A stretch of DNA of 64,000 bases from Leucoraja erinacea (GCF_028641065.1 NC_073408.1:10044001-10108000); one strand, 5' to 3'. Positions 1 through 12,817 are shown, counted from the first letter of the stretch. Program-made: numbers and translations. The notes: a model not told the origin generated them from the letters alone.

Positions 1-263
1 GTGAAGCCAATCCAAGTCAGGGATTGCTGCCGTCTGTCCTTCTGTTGATGCTGTGAAGTGTTCTGGATGTAAACTGAAACCTCTGATCGGCTGACCTCTG
101 TGCCGAGGTGGGTGGAGCAGCTGTACCATTCCACGCACTGCAGTGAGGAGTCAGAATCAATGAGAAGTCAGCTCCCCCACATGGCCACACTCAGCATCTC
201 CCCTAACCTGGGGCTCAGCAGGTGTTTCTGGCCGTTATATTCAGACAATTAGGTGACAACATT

Positions 264-387
264 CAATAGACAATAAACAATAGGTGCAGGAGTAGTCCAT
301 TCGGCCCTTCGAGCCAGCACCGCCATTCAATGTGATCATGGCTGATCATCCCAAATCAGTACCCCGTTCCTGCCTTCTCCCCATATC
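264..387 (-). mobile_element. CR1-clade LINE 3' end (HER1-like), 5'-truncated
   Basis: Reverse complement of the CR1 tail GATCAGCCATGATCACATTGAATGGCGGTGCTGGCTCGAAGGGCCGAATGG..CTACTCCTGCACC plus (TATTGTC)n; near-identical to 6712-6911. Confidence 0.85.
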
Positions 388-512
388 ATTGCAATGTACC
401 AGGTTGAAACATCACACAATGAATAGAGAACCTTTGTAACATGCTACCTCTGTTTTAAATCTTCTATTACCCTGTACCTTTCTCTTCATTTCAAGTCTGA
501 GAACAACAGATT

Positions 513-557
513 GAAGGGCTGAATGGCCTACTCCTGCACCTATTGTCTATTGTCTAT
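513..557 (+). mobile_element. CR1 LINE extreme 3' tail
   Basis: GAAGGGCTGAATGGCCTACTCCTGCACC followed by (TATTGTC)2. Confidence 0.75.
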
Positions 558-572
558 CTCAGGGTGAGAAAG

Positions 573-637
573 GAGGAACTCAGCGGGTCAGGCAATGCCC
601 CTAGAGAGAATGAATAGGTGACGTTTTTGGTCAGGAC
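573..637 (-). mobile_element. Penelope pLTR fragment, degenerate
   Basis: GGAGGAACTCAGCGGGTCAGGCA...ATAGGTGACGTTT, the same family as 5645-5858. Confidence 0.6.
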
Positions 638-1849
638 AGTTAGCTCCATGCATATTGGGCAGGACATACCATGGGGTTGCCGAAGGAACTACATTTAGAA
701 ACTCATGCTTTTGTATAGACCTATTTATTTACACATTGCTTTTGTGAGAAGTTATAAAGGAGGTTGAATATCACCCTCATTTTTATATGCGAAAAAACTT
801 GCAATCTATTTGGTTTATTGTGGCTCATCTCAATGTCTATGTGGAATTAGAAGTATTCCTTCTTCATTGATGCCATGCAATATTCTTTATATTCCCATTA
901 TTATTTCAGTCAAGGTTTAGAGTTTAGTCCTCAATTCACACTCATTTGTCTCCAATATCCATCAAATCAGTTTCTTCTCCCATGTGCATCTTGTACAAGT
1001 GACATGGTCAAAATCTGCGCCTTGCTACCTTGGACATGCTGGATGTAGATACATATCCTACCATGCGCCCTTTAGTGATCAACTCTCATTCATTTTCTAA
1101 GGCAATGGTGCTGAGATTTGCGAGCCTTTAATATTTAATAAACCTGGAGTTGTACACTCCATCTACTTGACATATAATCTAGAAGATTTTGTCTTCAATA
1201 AATGCGGTCGGACTATTGAATTGCCACCGTACAATCTATCATGATGCTTACAACTTACACCAATAAGTGTGTCAGCAGTCTGATTGATCTTAAGCATTTG
1301 CTGCCGTTAATGTGGCTTTGCTTTGCTTGCCTCCAGAGCCCTCTTCATGTTTTTTCGTACTAAGCTTGACTTTCTGAATAAATTTAGTCCGGTTGAGGAA
1401 ATAAATAGGTCAGGAGAAAAACTTGGTTTCAGTATAAAATGGTGATCCCGTTAGCAGGCACATTTAGTAAATGGTCTGCCCATTCCACAACTGACCCCAA
1501 CAGACCACCACCGTCCAGGTACACAAGGCCACTGGCGATTTTGGCCACATCACTTGTGCTTCTGATGTCAAACCAGGATTGTTCTCCGATCATTAGCGCC
1601 GCCTGTCTCAAAGTAAGTTTAAATGTGAAATCAGTGGAAGATGCATGGTTTGTAAAAGTAAGATGCAATGCAATTTAAATGCTGTAAAATATTCAAAAGG
1701 AACATTTTTAGATAAAGGCTGGCATGGAGCTGGTGAAATTTCAGAATGCAAAAAAACAAAGGAGTGAGAGAGAAAAATAATGAAGTATAGGGAGAGAATT
1801 CCATAGTCTAGGATGTTGGCACAGACATTGATGGTGTAGTCACCTAGTT

Positions 1850-2030
1850 TTAGAGCTATACAACACAGAAACAGGCCCTTCAGCCCACCTTGTCCATGCT
1901 GACCAAGTTTGTATTCTGGGCTTGTTCTACCTGCCTGCATTTGGCCCAGATCTCTCCAAATCTTCCCTACCCTTGTATGTGAAGTAGTATTAATTGTATC
2001 CGCTTCAATGGTGGGGCACAAAGTGAGCAA
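1850..2030 (-). mobile_element. CR1 LINE 3' end (second subfamily)
   Basis: ACAGAAACAGGCCCTTCAGCCCACCTTGTCCATGCTGACC...CCTGCATTTGGCCC; homologous to 9620-9915. Confidence 0.7.
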
Positions 2031-2277
2031 TGTGCTAGGAGCTACAATGGACAAGTACGAAGATCAAAGAAAATCATAGTAAATTTATAACACATAAATG
2101 TTATATAAGAAAATATGTCTCTACAAGGCCATTCTGCCCATTGTTTGCTGGTCCCAACAGTAAGTAGGTGTGAGCACAAAGGCATAAATAGACAGCAGGG
2201 TAAAAAAAGTTACATTTCCATTGAAAATCTTTTTTTTTTCCCCCATTTGCAATTAACCCAGATGCATACATACAATA

Positions 2278-2378
2278 GTCTGAAGAAGGGTCTCGACCCA
2301 AAATGTCACCCATTCCTTCTCTCCAGAGATGCTGCCAGTCCCGCTGAGTTACTCCAACATTTGGTGTCTACCTTCACA
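2278..2378 (+). mobile_element. Penelope pLTR 3' fragment with mutated hammerhead core
   Basis: CTGAAGAAGGGTCTCGACCCAAAATGTC (GAAAC mutated) followed by the family body CAGAGATGCTGCC..CCCGCTGAGTTACTCC. Confidence 0.75.
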
Positions 2379-2524
2379 TACATACAAAGAAGCAGTAAAC
2401 AATCCACTGTCATATCAGAATGAGTGCAAAAACATAATGTGAAAACTTCTATAGGAAGATAAAAGGGAAAAGTCCACAATGGAAAATGTGCTTTAGTTTG
2501 AGTGTGATTGGGAAATTGAATAGG

Positions 2525-2735
2525 GGTGAATAAGAAAATGGCAAAGAATTAAACAAATACTTTGTGTCCGATTTCATGAACACAAACAAAACATCCCGGA
2601 CAGAACCAATGGTCTAGTGCAAATGATAACATAAAAGAACCTAGTAATATTAAAGAAGTGAATGGGCCTGAAAGCTGCTAAGTCCCCAGGACCTGATGGT
2701 CTACATCCAGAGTTTTGAAAGAGGTGTCTATAAGG
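2525..2735 (+). mobile_element. CR1 LINE internal ORF2 relic
   Basis: AAGTCCCCAGGACCTGATGGTCTACATCC encodes KSPGPDGLH, the CR1 RT-proximal motif; ELNKYFVS lies upstream. Confidence 0.75.
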
Positions 2736-2837
2736 ACAATATTCCTCCAGTTTTCCCCTTCATGCTATGATCATTCATTTCTGGGGAACTGTTCTTTTGA
2801 GATTATTTGACTCATTACACATTATCTGATTCAAAAT

Positions 2838-3185
2838 ATGTAGGAAGGAACTGCAGGTGCTGGTTTATACGGAAGATAAGCACAAACGACAGGAGTAACT
2901 GAGCGGGTCAGGCAGCATCTCTGCAGAAAAAGGATGGGTGATGTTTCAGGTCAGGGACTTTCTGAAGGGTTCCCCTTTTGTCCAGAGAACCCTGTTTCTC
3001 CAGAGATGCTTCCTGAGCTGTTCAAGAAGGAACTGCAGATGCTGGAAGATCGAAGGTACACAAAATTGCTGGAGAAAATCAGCGGGTGCAGCAGCATCTA
3101 TGGAGCGAAGGAAATAGGCGACGTTTCGGGCCGAAACCCTTCTTCAGACTGAGCTGCTGAGTTACTCCAGCACGTTGTGTCTATC
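2838..3185. mobile_element. Penelope pLTR foldback element with a nested second pLTR copy (3021-3148)
   Basis: Outer 14-bp TSD ATCTGATTCAAAAT (2824-2837 / 3186-3199); inner 8-bp TSD CTGAGCTG (3013-3020 / 3149-3156). Confidence 0.85.
3120..3147 (-). ncRNA. Minimal type I hammerhead ribozyme core (Penelope-type)
   Basis: Minus strand reads CTGAAGA-A-GGGT-TTCG-GCCC-GAAA-CGTC: CUGANGA box, stem II with a UUCG loop, GAAA, then GUC. Activity unknown. Confidence 0.65.
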
Positions 3186-3229
3186 ATCTGATTCAAAATG
3201 GCTTGTTCCATGACAACCTCCACAATATG

Positions 3230-3365
3230 TCAGAGCACAAAAAATCTGCTGGAGGAACTCAGCGGGTCAAGCAGCATCTGTGGAAGGAAAGAACGTTTGG
3301 CTAATTCCTTTCATTCCGCAGATGCTGCTCAGCCCATTCAGCTCCTCCAGCAGTTTGGTTGCTTT
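3230..3365. mobile_element. Older Penelope pLTR foldback
   Basis: CTGCTGGAGGAACTCAGCGGGTCAAGCAGCATCTGTGGAA is inverted against TTCCGCAGATGCTGCTCAGCCCATTCAGCTCCTCCAGCAG. Confidence 0.7.
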
Positions 3366-3516
3366 TCTCTATTTTGTACCATTTTCACTCATGTCCCTAC
3401 AATGTTTTGCTTTTGAAAACTATCCCAAATCACCTTTGAATTTCTGTTTTGTGTTCCATTTCAAATTGAATTAACCCAGTCTGCATTAGAATTACAGTCA
3501 ACCATGATTAATGCAA

Positions 3517-3704
3517 GGTAGACAAAAATGCTGGAGAAACTCAGCGGGTGCAGCAGCATCTATGGAGCGAAGGAAATAGGCAACGTTTCGTCCCGAAACG
3601 TTGCCTATTTCCTTCGCTCCATAGATGCTGCTGCACCCGCTAAGTTTCTCCAGCATTTTTGTGTACCTTCGATTATCCAGCATCTGCAGTTCCTACTTAA
3701 ACAC
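3517..3704. mobile_element. Penelope pLTR foldback element
   Basis: Near-perfect inverted arms of about 75 bp around loop TCC (3591-3593); 11-bp TSD GATTAATGCAA (3506-3516 / 3705-3715). Confidence 0.88.
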
Positions 3705-4994
3705 GATTAATGCAAAACATTTTGTTTAAAGACCTTCCATTATTCCTTAATTTTAACGTTCCTATAGCAGGACTTATGCCTGGAGGCCCATATTATACTC
3801 TCACCACTACTGCCGTTCCTTCGTATTTTTAACCTTTACCTAAGTATCTCCCAACTGTACTCATTTCATTTCTGATTAGCAGAGATGGCTCGCCACCTTC
3901 TCTTTTCCTGCCTTACAAATATCCCGGCACACCATGTTCCCAGCTTTGATCTCTTTGCTATTGTGATAGCTATCAGATCAGATCCAGATCATTTCTGTTC
4001 ATCACTATTTCTGCTGTTAGTTCATTGATTTTGTTTCAGATACAACATGCATTCAGATAGAGGTCTTAATTATTTGTTTTAACATCTTTCCTTTCATTAA
4101 CCCCTGTTGTGTTTCTGTTTGCCTTCCTTTCTCTTTCTATTCTTCCGCCTTTCATTTCTATCTTTGTTTCCCTCTCCTTTCGCCACTCGCTCAGGTGATT
4201 ATCCCTTTGCGATGTTGGTTTAAAGCCTTGCCAACTTACCCTATGGGGATAGAAATTCCACTCCTGTCTGGGTGCAGGATCCATCTTCTCCAGAACCAGT
4301 TCCAATGCTTTAGGGATCTAGGTCCCACCATTCTACCCCACCATCTAACCACACATTCATCTTATCAATCCTTCCATATCGACTCTCGCTAGCCAGCAGC
4401 ACTGGGAATGTGAAAAGTCGCCCATCCATGTCCAACTGTTTAGTCATTTATAAATCAGATGTTGTACCAAGTTTGGATATTTCATAAATGCTGATGACAA
4501 AACTGTGCAAAATGATAGGAATTATTTGGCAAATACTGTTGATGGTTTTTGAGGCTAAGTGATCTTGAAGGATGTATCGCGAGTTAGAACAATTTAAACT
4601 AGTGCAGAAGGAGATGGCAGATTGCCAATTGACTTCGATGGTGGGTAGTTTATTTTTGGCTGGGTGGCTGTCAGGAAAACACAGGGAGAAAGACTAGGTA
4701 ATGGACTGAGAAGTATTGCTGAATGCATGGGGCTAGACACAGAGGCTGGTCTCACTTGATTAGAACATGGACTACAACAAGATTGATCACCTTTTTGCCT
4801 TCCAGGAGCTGTCTGAATGCTTGCCATATTTCTTAAACACTTGAACCATTGCCTTTGAGTTAGAATTGATTTTTTTTCAAATGTTTGCGTTGAGGATACA
4901 ATGAAAAACCATTAACTTCTCTTACCTGGAGAGGTTTCCAAGTCTCCCAGCCCAGATCTCTGCACGGAGAATTTCCATTGATAATTATCATGCG

Positions 4995-5115
4995 TTAAAT
5001 GCTGTACCCTTTATTCTTTAGCTGTACACTATGGATGGCTTGAATGTAAACATGTAGTCTTATCTTTGACTGGAAAGCACACAACAAAAGTTTATCACTA
5101 AATTAAAATAAACTA
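4995..5115 (+). mobile_element. Rex1/Babar-type LINE 3' UTR fragment
   Basis: CTGTACACTATGGATGGCTTGAATGTAAACATGTAG..GACTGGAAAGCACACAACAAAAG, homologous to 17995-18285. Confidence 0.6.
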
Positions 5116-5125
5116 GATATTTGCC

Positions 5126-5436
5126 AGCATAGTGGCACAGCTGGTAGAGTCTCTGTCTCACAGCGCTAGAGACCTAGGATCAATCTGACCTCAGGTGCTG
5201 TCTGTGTGGAGTTTGCATGTTCTCCCTGTGATCGCATGGCTGCTCTCATTTCCTCCCACATCCCAAAGACGTGTGGGTTTGCGGGTTAATTGACTTCTGT
5301 GGCATTGCCCCCTCATGTGCAGATGTGGATGGGAAAGTGGGATAACACAGAACCAGTATGAACTGGTGATTGGCAGTCTGTGTGGACTTAGTGGGCTGAA
5401 GGGCCTGGCTCCATGCTGCATCTCTTAAACTAAACG
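5126..5436 (+). mobile_element. tRNA-derived V-SINE (HE1-like)
   Basis: A-box GTGGCACAGCTGGTAGAG, V-domain TGTGTGGAGTTTGCATGTTCTCCCTGTG, CR1-like tail GGGCTGAAGGGCCTG plus TAAAC repeat. Confidence 0.85.
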
Positions 5437-5644
5437 ACTGTGTTTATAAAGCTACAGGTTTTGTTTGTTCTTGTGATTTGTTCATCAATTTTAACATATT
5501 TCCTTATCTTATATTTACAATTCCATGCAGCCCACAGCTGACTTCCAGGACAGTTATCCCATCAATTGCATTCCCAATCCCTTTATTTCTCTCTTCTCCT
5601 GCAACTTATTCTCTCCTTTTCTCACATGCCCATCAACTCCACTT

Positions 5645-5858
5645 GGGTAGACACAAAAAGTTGGAGTAACTCAGCGGGACAGGCAGCATCTCTGGAGAGA
5701 AGGAATGGGTGACGTTTCAGGTCGAGACCGAAGAAGGGTCCCGACCCGAAACGTCACCCATTCCTTCTCTCCAGAGATGCTGCCTGTCCCGCTGAGTTAC
5801 TCCAGCTTTTTGTGTCTATCTTCGGTTTAAACCAGCATCTCTTGTTCCTTCTTACACA
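5645..5858. mobile_element. Penelope pLTR foldback element
   Basis: Inverted arms of about 80 bp; 10-bp TSD AACTCCACTT (5635-5644 / 5859-5868). It is inserted in a degenerate minus-strand V-SINE that continues to about 6050. Confidence 0.88.
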
Positions 5859-6711
5859 AACTCCACTTATTAACCTGTACTCATGGGCAGATTACAGTGG
5901 ACAATGATCCTACCAGCACCCATTTAGGAATTGGAAACATGGAAAGGTTAACTCACGCAGTCGCTGAGAAAACATGAAAATTCCCGATTGTCCGAGATCC
6001 ATGCTGCGTTGGAGCTGTGAGGCAACAGCTATACTGCCTTGCCACTGTGCCAGCCTTAGCCGTGGCATTGGGTGGTTGGGGAGCAGAAAACTATTGCCCA
6101 GCAGAATCTGTGGGTGCTCTTAAAGGACATGTCCTGCTTGGTCATGCTCACTGCCAGGGGAAGTGGTAGAATCGGGTATAATGACTCAATTTAAGAGGTA
6201 TTTAGACAGATCCTTCAACAGGTAAGATTAGGAAGAATGCAGTCCTAATGCGTGCAAATCGATTCATTGTACATGGTCTATAAGGTTGTTATGTATGTGT
6301 GGGCCAAAGACCCATTTCTTCACTGCATGTCTCTATTACGACACGACTCTCCCTCCTCTTCCATACAACACAAGGGCTTTCTTGTAGCTATTAGAAGTAT
6401 TAAACAAGAGCGAGCAGGAGATAATTGCCTCGCCTGCCTCTCTTTCCAGGCAGGTTACAAAGAGGATATAAACGGGTTGTATTTCATGCTGGTAATGGTG
6501 AATCTATTGACATTCAGCATCATGAATCCATGAAATTGGCAGCAACTATTGAATGTTCCCATGTGTATATTTTACCGCAGGGCTCGGTGATTCAACTCTC
6601 TTCCACAGACAGTGCTGTGGGCAACTTTTCCATCTGCAGTCAAGGGAAAGCATTGGCCCAAATGTAAGCTGTGTCCACTGAAATAAAATAGCTGAAATTG
6701 ATCCCCTCGTT

Positions 6712-6911
6712 CAGAGGGCAGTGGAGGCTGGTTCTCTGGATACTTTCAAGAGAGAGCAGGAGAGGGCTCTTAAAGAAAGCAGAGTCAGGGGATATGGGGA
6801 GAAGGCAGGAACAGGGTGCTGATTGTGGATGATCAGCCATGATCACATTGAATGGCGGTGCTGGCTTAAAGGGCCGAATGGCCTACTCCTGCACCTATTG
6901 TCTATTGTCTA
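6712..6911 (+). mobile_element. CR1 LINE 3' end
   Basis: QRAVEAGSLDTFKRE-coding end, then GGATATGGGGAGAAGGCAGGAACAGGG and the (TATTGTC)n tail. Confidence 0.88.
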
Positions 6912-8068
6912 CATGAGTCCAAAGTGAATTATTTATAGTATTATATATTTTTATGGAAATTATCTGGAGGTAAATAAAGTCAAATTTTTGTTTTGTCTAT
7001 TGCAATACTCTCTAAATGTTCAATACTAGGTCAGAGAAACCTTTGGGTTTTTTTGTTGAAAGCCAATAATCCAAATGAGGGATATATGAACAGCAAGATC
7101 TCAGTAAAAGCAATGCTATGAATAATTTGTATGTTTAAGAAAGAACTGCAAATGCTAGAAAAATCGAAGGTCGACAGAAATGCTCAGCGGGTGAGGCTGC
7201 ATGAAAAGTGTTTCCTCGTCTCAATCCTAAATGGCCTCCCCTTTATTCTTAATTTGTGACCCCCTGGTTCTGGTTCCAGTGATTTCAGCCAATAAAAATC
7301 AAATAATGGAACATATTGTCAAAGACTGTCAACTCGGATATTTTGCATTGCCCGTAATTGACATTCTCCAGGTACCAGAATCTGGCTCCATATCCTGGAT
7401 ATGTAAGTTGCTACATTTGCTGGGCGATATGTGAAGGGTGATCACACTTTCCGGGTGGCATCATTGAATAAGATTGGATGGTCTACCATGATACCTTGAT
7501 TTTTGAGCTACATGTGGAGTCCTCAAATTGATTCCGCAACCATGTAAATGGCCAGGCAGAATGTCAGCACAATACCTGATCAAAGTATCGGTATATTCAA
7601 TAGTCCAAACAGAAAAGAAAAATCATTCCTAAACATCAGTTCCGTTCCCCTCTCTTCACAAACCACCTGACACTCTGATGACTTTTCAGCGTTTTCTGTT
7701 TTCATTTCAGATTACTAGGATCTGCGATATTTTGCATTTGTGTCCAATATTTTTCTATTCTGATGCTGTTCTCTCCCTGTCTCACTGTTGACAGTGTGAA
7801 AAACACCTTCAGTGTCAAACGGGAGATGTCAGTTTCTTGTTTTCTTCCCATGGGAACAGGCCGCCAGGCCAAGTTGTAAATGAGATACGTCAGGAAAAAT
7901 GATGGCTGAGGTGGCAAAGGGATGCCGGCATTGCAATCGCATGGCTTTTATTCAGGATTAGGTCATTGAACATCAATTTCTCTCTTCTTCCCAAGGAAAA
8001 CGCTGTAATGATCAATTTTCCATGTTTTTCCACATCATTCCAGTAATTCAGCCAGGCATTGCGGGTTG

Positions 8069-8195
8069 TGAAGGAAGGAACTGCAGATGCTGGTTTAAAT
8101 CAAAGATAGACACAAAATGCTGGAGTAACTCAGCGGGCCAGGCAGCATCTCTGGAGAGAAGGAATGGATGACGTTTCGGGTTGAGACCCTTCTTG
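8069..8195 (-). mobile_element. Penelope pLTR fragment
   Basis: GGAAGGAACTGCAGATGCTGG..GGAGTAACTCAGCGGG..GACGTTTCGGGTTGAGACCCTTCTT; further pieces at 8300-8450. Confidence 0.8.
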
Positions 8196-8446
8196 ATGGG
8201 CATGTGAGAAAATGAGAGAATAAGTTGCAGATGAAGAGAAATAAAGGGATTGGGAATGGGATTATTGGGATAACTGTCCTGGAAGCCAGCTGTGGGCTGA
8301 AGGAATGGGTGACGTTTTGGGTTCAGACTGATTCTTCAGAACTATCTCTAGGCCGATCGAAGCACCCACAAACTGCTGGGAGTACTCAGCGGATCAGGCA
8401 ACATCTGTGGAAGGAAATGGACAGATGACGTTTTAGATCAGGTCTC

Positions 8447-8580
8447 TTTAGTTTAGTTTTTTTTAGTTTGGTTTAGAGATACTGGGTGGAAACAGGCCCT
8501 TTGGCCCACTTAGTCCGCAACGACCAGCGATCCCCGCACATTAACACAATCCTACACACACTATGGACAATTTACAATTC
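8447..8580 (-). mobile_element. V-SINE 3' portion
   Basis: (TTTAG)n tail plus GGAAACAGGCCCTTTGGCCCAC..GACCAGCGATCCCCGCACATTAACAC. Confidence 0.8.
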
Positions 8581-9619
8581 TCTGTTCTGCCCCTGGTGCA
8601 GCAAAGCATTTGTCAGGTATTCTGACAACTACCATGAGGTGGTTTGTTGCATAGCTGAGGAAAATTGCCTGAACCATTTGCATGAGAGAATTGTTGCCTT
8701 GCTTGTTTGTTTGTTAGTTAGTTTGTTCCAGTTTAGGCGCTGTGCACACGGCAGCCAGCCGACAGTCCCTTGTACTTTTTCTTTTTCCACTTGTAATTTC
8801 AAGTTTTTGTGTGTTGTGATTTCCCTCCGTGGATGAATAAAGCTTGTTGTATCATAGCGTATTCTGCTGCCTCTTCCAAATATAATTGTTCTGTCAATAT
8901 CCCCGACAGTTGCAACGGGGGAATTAGTTGGCCTCCCATTGCAATCTGGAACGTGGGATTAGATCAGACTTCACTGGGACTCGACCAACCTCGAGCCTCT
9001 CCCCTTCTACTCTACTCTCGGCTCCTCATCACACAGTTACCGGCAGCAGAAGGCAATCTGCCCTCCAAGCTGCCTGGCGTACACTCCCCAGCACCTCAGC
9101 ATTACACATTTTAGAACCTGCGATGTTCTACAACAAATTGCACTTTTATGTCTATCAATTTAAAAAAATGTATATTGTGAATAAGTTGTTGGTTTGTGCA
9201 GCAGAAGGAGCTGACCTTGTTCAATGTTGAGGAAAGAACCAAATGTGTTAATAGTCCTCCACCGCCTACTCTTTATCATTAGTGCTAATGACGCCTTTGT
9301 AATGGTGAGAAGAGACTTGAGATGCCACAACTCTTTGTCGTGTTGAACAGTTCCGTGAACACACATCCCATATCTTGTTCAATTATGCAACACCTTCTTA
9401 AAGTGGGCGGACTACCCTCAGCTGTGCTCTTTCCAGGGATGGCTTCTGGGTTCAGTAGCCCAGGCTGAATCTCATCTTCTCCCAGACAATCAGCTTGATG
9501 TGGAAGCCCTATCATTATGAAAATGGGAATACAAGTGTGAATGGGTGATCGCTGGTAGAGTGGCCTCAGTGGGCCGAAGGGCCTGTTTTATGGCTCTTTA
9601 AGTGCTCACCCTGGTACTT

Positions 9620-9915
9620 AGAGTCATAGAGTCATACAACGTGGAAACAGGCCGTTCAGCCCAACTTGCCCACACCGACCAACATGTCCCAACTATGCTA
9701 GGTCCCACCTGCCCATATCCCTCTAAACTTGTCCTATTCATGTGCTTGTCCAAATGTTTCTTAAATGTTGCGATACTACCAGCCTCAACTCCCCCCTCCG
9801 GCAGTTCGTTCCATACACCCACCACCCTCTGTGTGAAAAATGTACCCTTCAGTTTCCTATTAAATCTTTCCCCCCCCTTCACCGTAAACCTATGTTCTCT
9901 GATTCTTGACCACCA
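9620..9915 (-). mobile_element. CR1 LINE 3' end (tail shared with the V-SINE)
   Basis: ORF 9598-9975(-) gives FFTQRVVGVWNELPEGGVEAGSIATFKKHLDKHM, the CR1 ORF2 C-terminus; (TATGACTC)n tail. Confidence 0.9.
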
Positions 9916-10155
9916 CCCTTTCAGACAAGCCCCTACATTACAATGGGTGAAAATAACATCTTCACCACTTCCCAATTAACTTAAATCTGAGCAGAGTTCT
10001 TGTTCATCCTCAGTGACAATACAATTTACTATCTGTGCTGCCATCGACCAATAACCTAAACTCTGGAATTGGCCGCTTTACACTTAACCCCTCTCTACTT
10101 CCTTCTCCTTACAGCTGCTCCTTAAAACCATTCGTCCGACTGATATTTTGGTCAC

Positions 10156-10222
10156 ATTCAGATTCAGATTCAGATTCAATTTTAATTGTCATTGTCAGTG
10201 TACAGTACAGAGACAACGAAAT
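10156..10222 (-). mobile_element. Rex1/Babar-type 3' tail with (TCTGAA)n, severely 5'-truncated
   Basis: Identical over about 60 nt to 47701-47774 and 58061-58122. Confidence 0.7.
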
Positions 10223-11469
10223 ACATGTTATCCTTTCCAGGTTTTTTCCTGATTGTTTTCCCAAGTCAGTGTAGAACCTTTGTCTGCGCGTACGTCTGTG
10301 GTTGGGAAGGATGTGTCCAAGGAAATATTTTGGGGGAAAGTACGCCGTGTGATAATTATTTCAAAACTGCCTGTCGCATATTGCAAGTTGCATCGGCTGC
10401 TTTGGCCAGTTCCCGGCTTGGTTGCCTTTGGCACATTGTGCAGTTCAACGCACCCTCCGCTGATCTCCAAGTGGACAGAGTTGTTGCAGGATGTATGTAG
10501 GTCAGCTGCAGCCTGTGGTACTGGAGGGGTTCCAGGTACGAGTAGAAGCTGAGAAAATGAAGCCAACGATGAACACAAGTGAGTAAATCACTCCGTGTTG
10601 TTCTTTAATTATACAGATGGGGGAAGGATGGCACAGCCGTGGGCAATCCTTCTTCTTAATGTGTTCCTGTGTATTTACACAGTCACCAAACTGGTCGGTC
10701 TCAAGTCAATTTCACTAATTTAAAACCACGCAACTTGCTGATCTTTAATGTGCTGCAGTTGATTGGAACTGAAGACAATTAGAAGTATCAAAGTATAAAC
10801 AGTCCCTCCGACTGCATCCAAATCACCAGGGGTTTAGATGGTTATTCACTCAATGTAACGTTCAATATAAATGATCTTATTAAGGCCGAGGTAATGGGAA
10901 AACGGTGAGTAAAAAAAATCATAGTTGGCTGAGATTCAGACGGAGAGTTTGAATAAAATGGAGCACACCAGTGGGGTTAGGCTTCAGACACCACCTTCTC
11001 AACCAGCTTTTCCCACTGCAAAACTGGAGTGCTCAATGGGAGCAAAATAATGATGAGCTGACCACGACAGTTATACCTGTGTGAAAAGCAGCAACATCAT
11101 CAAATGGCAGTAACAAAGAACTATTTGTTAAAATACTAAACGGACACTAAGTGGTGCTGGAATAACTCAGCGGGTCAGGCAGGATCTTTGGAGAACATGG
11201 ATAGGTGACGTTTTGGGTCGAGTTTTCGAATCCTCCATTAGACTCGTGGAGAAGCTTTGGTTTCCTCCCACATCCCAAAGCCGTGCAGGTTTGAAGGTTA
11301 ATGGGCCTCTGTAAATTGCCCCTAATGTGTATGTCCAACATAATGCCAAGAGCAAGTCATCTAATCTGCCTATTCCTCCATCCCTGAATGTGCTTATCCA
11401 AAAATGATAGAACATAATACATTTAAGACATACATGAGGAAAAAAATATTCCTGAGAGGCAGCATCCTA

Positions 11470-11695
11470 AACACCACTGTTGTATCTGCCTCAACCATCA
11501 CCCCTGTCAGCATGTTCCAGGCACTCATCACTCTCTGTGTAAAATCACATGCCCCATACATTTCCTTTAAACTTTGCCCAAATATCTCAAAGCTCTGTTC
11601 TCTAGTCTTTCACATTTCCACTTTGGGGAAAAAAAGGTTCTGACTATCCACCCTATCTATGCCTCCCATAATTTTTAATACTGCTATCAACCTCA
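11470..11695 (-). mobile_element. CR1 LINE 3' region, old
   Basis: GTATCTGCCTCAACCATCACCCCTGTCAGCATGTTCCAGGCACTCATCACTCTCTGTGTAAAA, antisense of the FFTQRV..WN motif. Confidence 0.75.
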
Positions 11696-12817
11696 TGTTC
11701 GGCACAGACATTGTGGACTGAAGGGCCTGTTCTACGTTCTACCGCAAATTCCTCATTAGCAAACAATTCCTATGTTGTTTTACGATCAGAAACAACCGGC
11801 CTTCTACCATTTGGGATTGGGAATGAGTTTGTAGCGCTGAATAATTTCTCCTCTTCTCCGCGTCTTGCCTGATAAACAGAAGCCAGCTGAGACATCCCCA
11901 TTTAATAAGAACAATTGCCAAGAAATTGGAAGCATTTTTAAAACTAGTGTGATCCTCAATAGTTTTAGCTTAGTATTGACCGGAATGTTTTGCCTTCAGC
12001 ACAGTTGATGGATTCGACCACACTTTGTTATGAAATATTGATGCGAATGAAAGCCAAAGGCAATATTTTTTACCGTTACACTGCAAATGCCTTGATCCAT
12101 TCACACATGCCATTCTGGAGCTTGAATTCCTCCAGGACAGTGCAAGGGCATATTTAGATAGATATGAGAAATTCCTTGGGCAAAGATTGTTCCAAAAACT
12201 GCACCTATTACCTTGTTAATTTTGGAGTTTTATTTATTTAGCAGAATACACTCCCATCAGTCCCGCGATCGAGAGCCTGAGTGACAGGTCTCTGTTCATT
12301 CTCGTTGCAATCCTTCTTCCGGCTGATGGACTGAGGCTTCAGCTGTTAACCTGTTCCCTCCTTCCATAACCGAGTTCATTTCAACCCATTAAGTTAAGGA
12401 ATTTTGTCGTGTCACGAGTAGGAGAAGAGCTCACAACCCCCTGAGTTTGGTCAGCCATCCAATGAGGTCGTGATTGATCTGACTTCAACGGGAGCTGTTT
12501 CATCTTCTTGACTTACCTACCCCTAATGAATATAGTCAATGCTCCAGTCTCCAGACTTTTCCAGGACAGCAGGCTCCTGATTCACAGCCTCAGAAAAAGC
12601 CTTTTTTCCCCTTTTTCCCTCCACGACCACAATATTTAATATGTAAAAGAATATGTCATTCCGTTCCATTCTGTTTGTAGTTTGTTTGGTTGTTTGTTTG
12701 TTTGTCTTTTTGCACAAAGTCCGCGAGCATTGCCACTTTTCATTTCACTGCACATCTCGTATGTTTATGTGACCAATAAACTTGACTTGACTTCCTTATT
12801 ATGTCCATTTTGAATGT

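Noticed and set aside
3517-3704. pre-miRNA, terminator or CRISPR-like interpretation of the hairpins
   Set aside because: Multi-copy, TSD-flanked and Penelope-derived; no regular repeat-spacer array; eukaryotic DNA.
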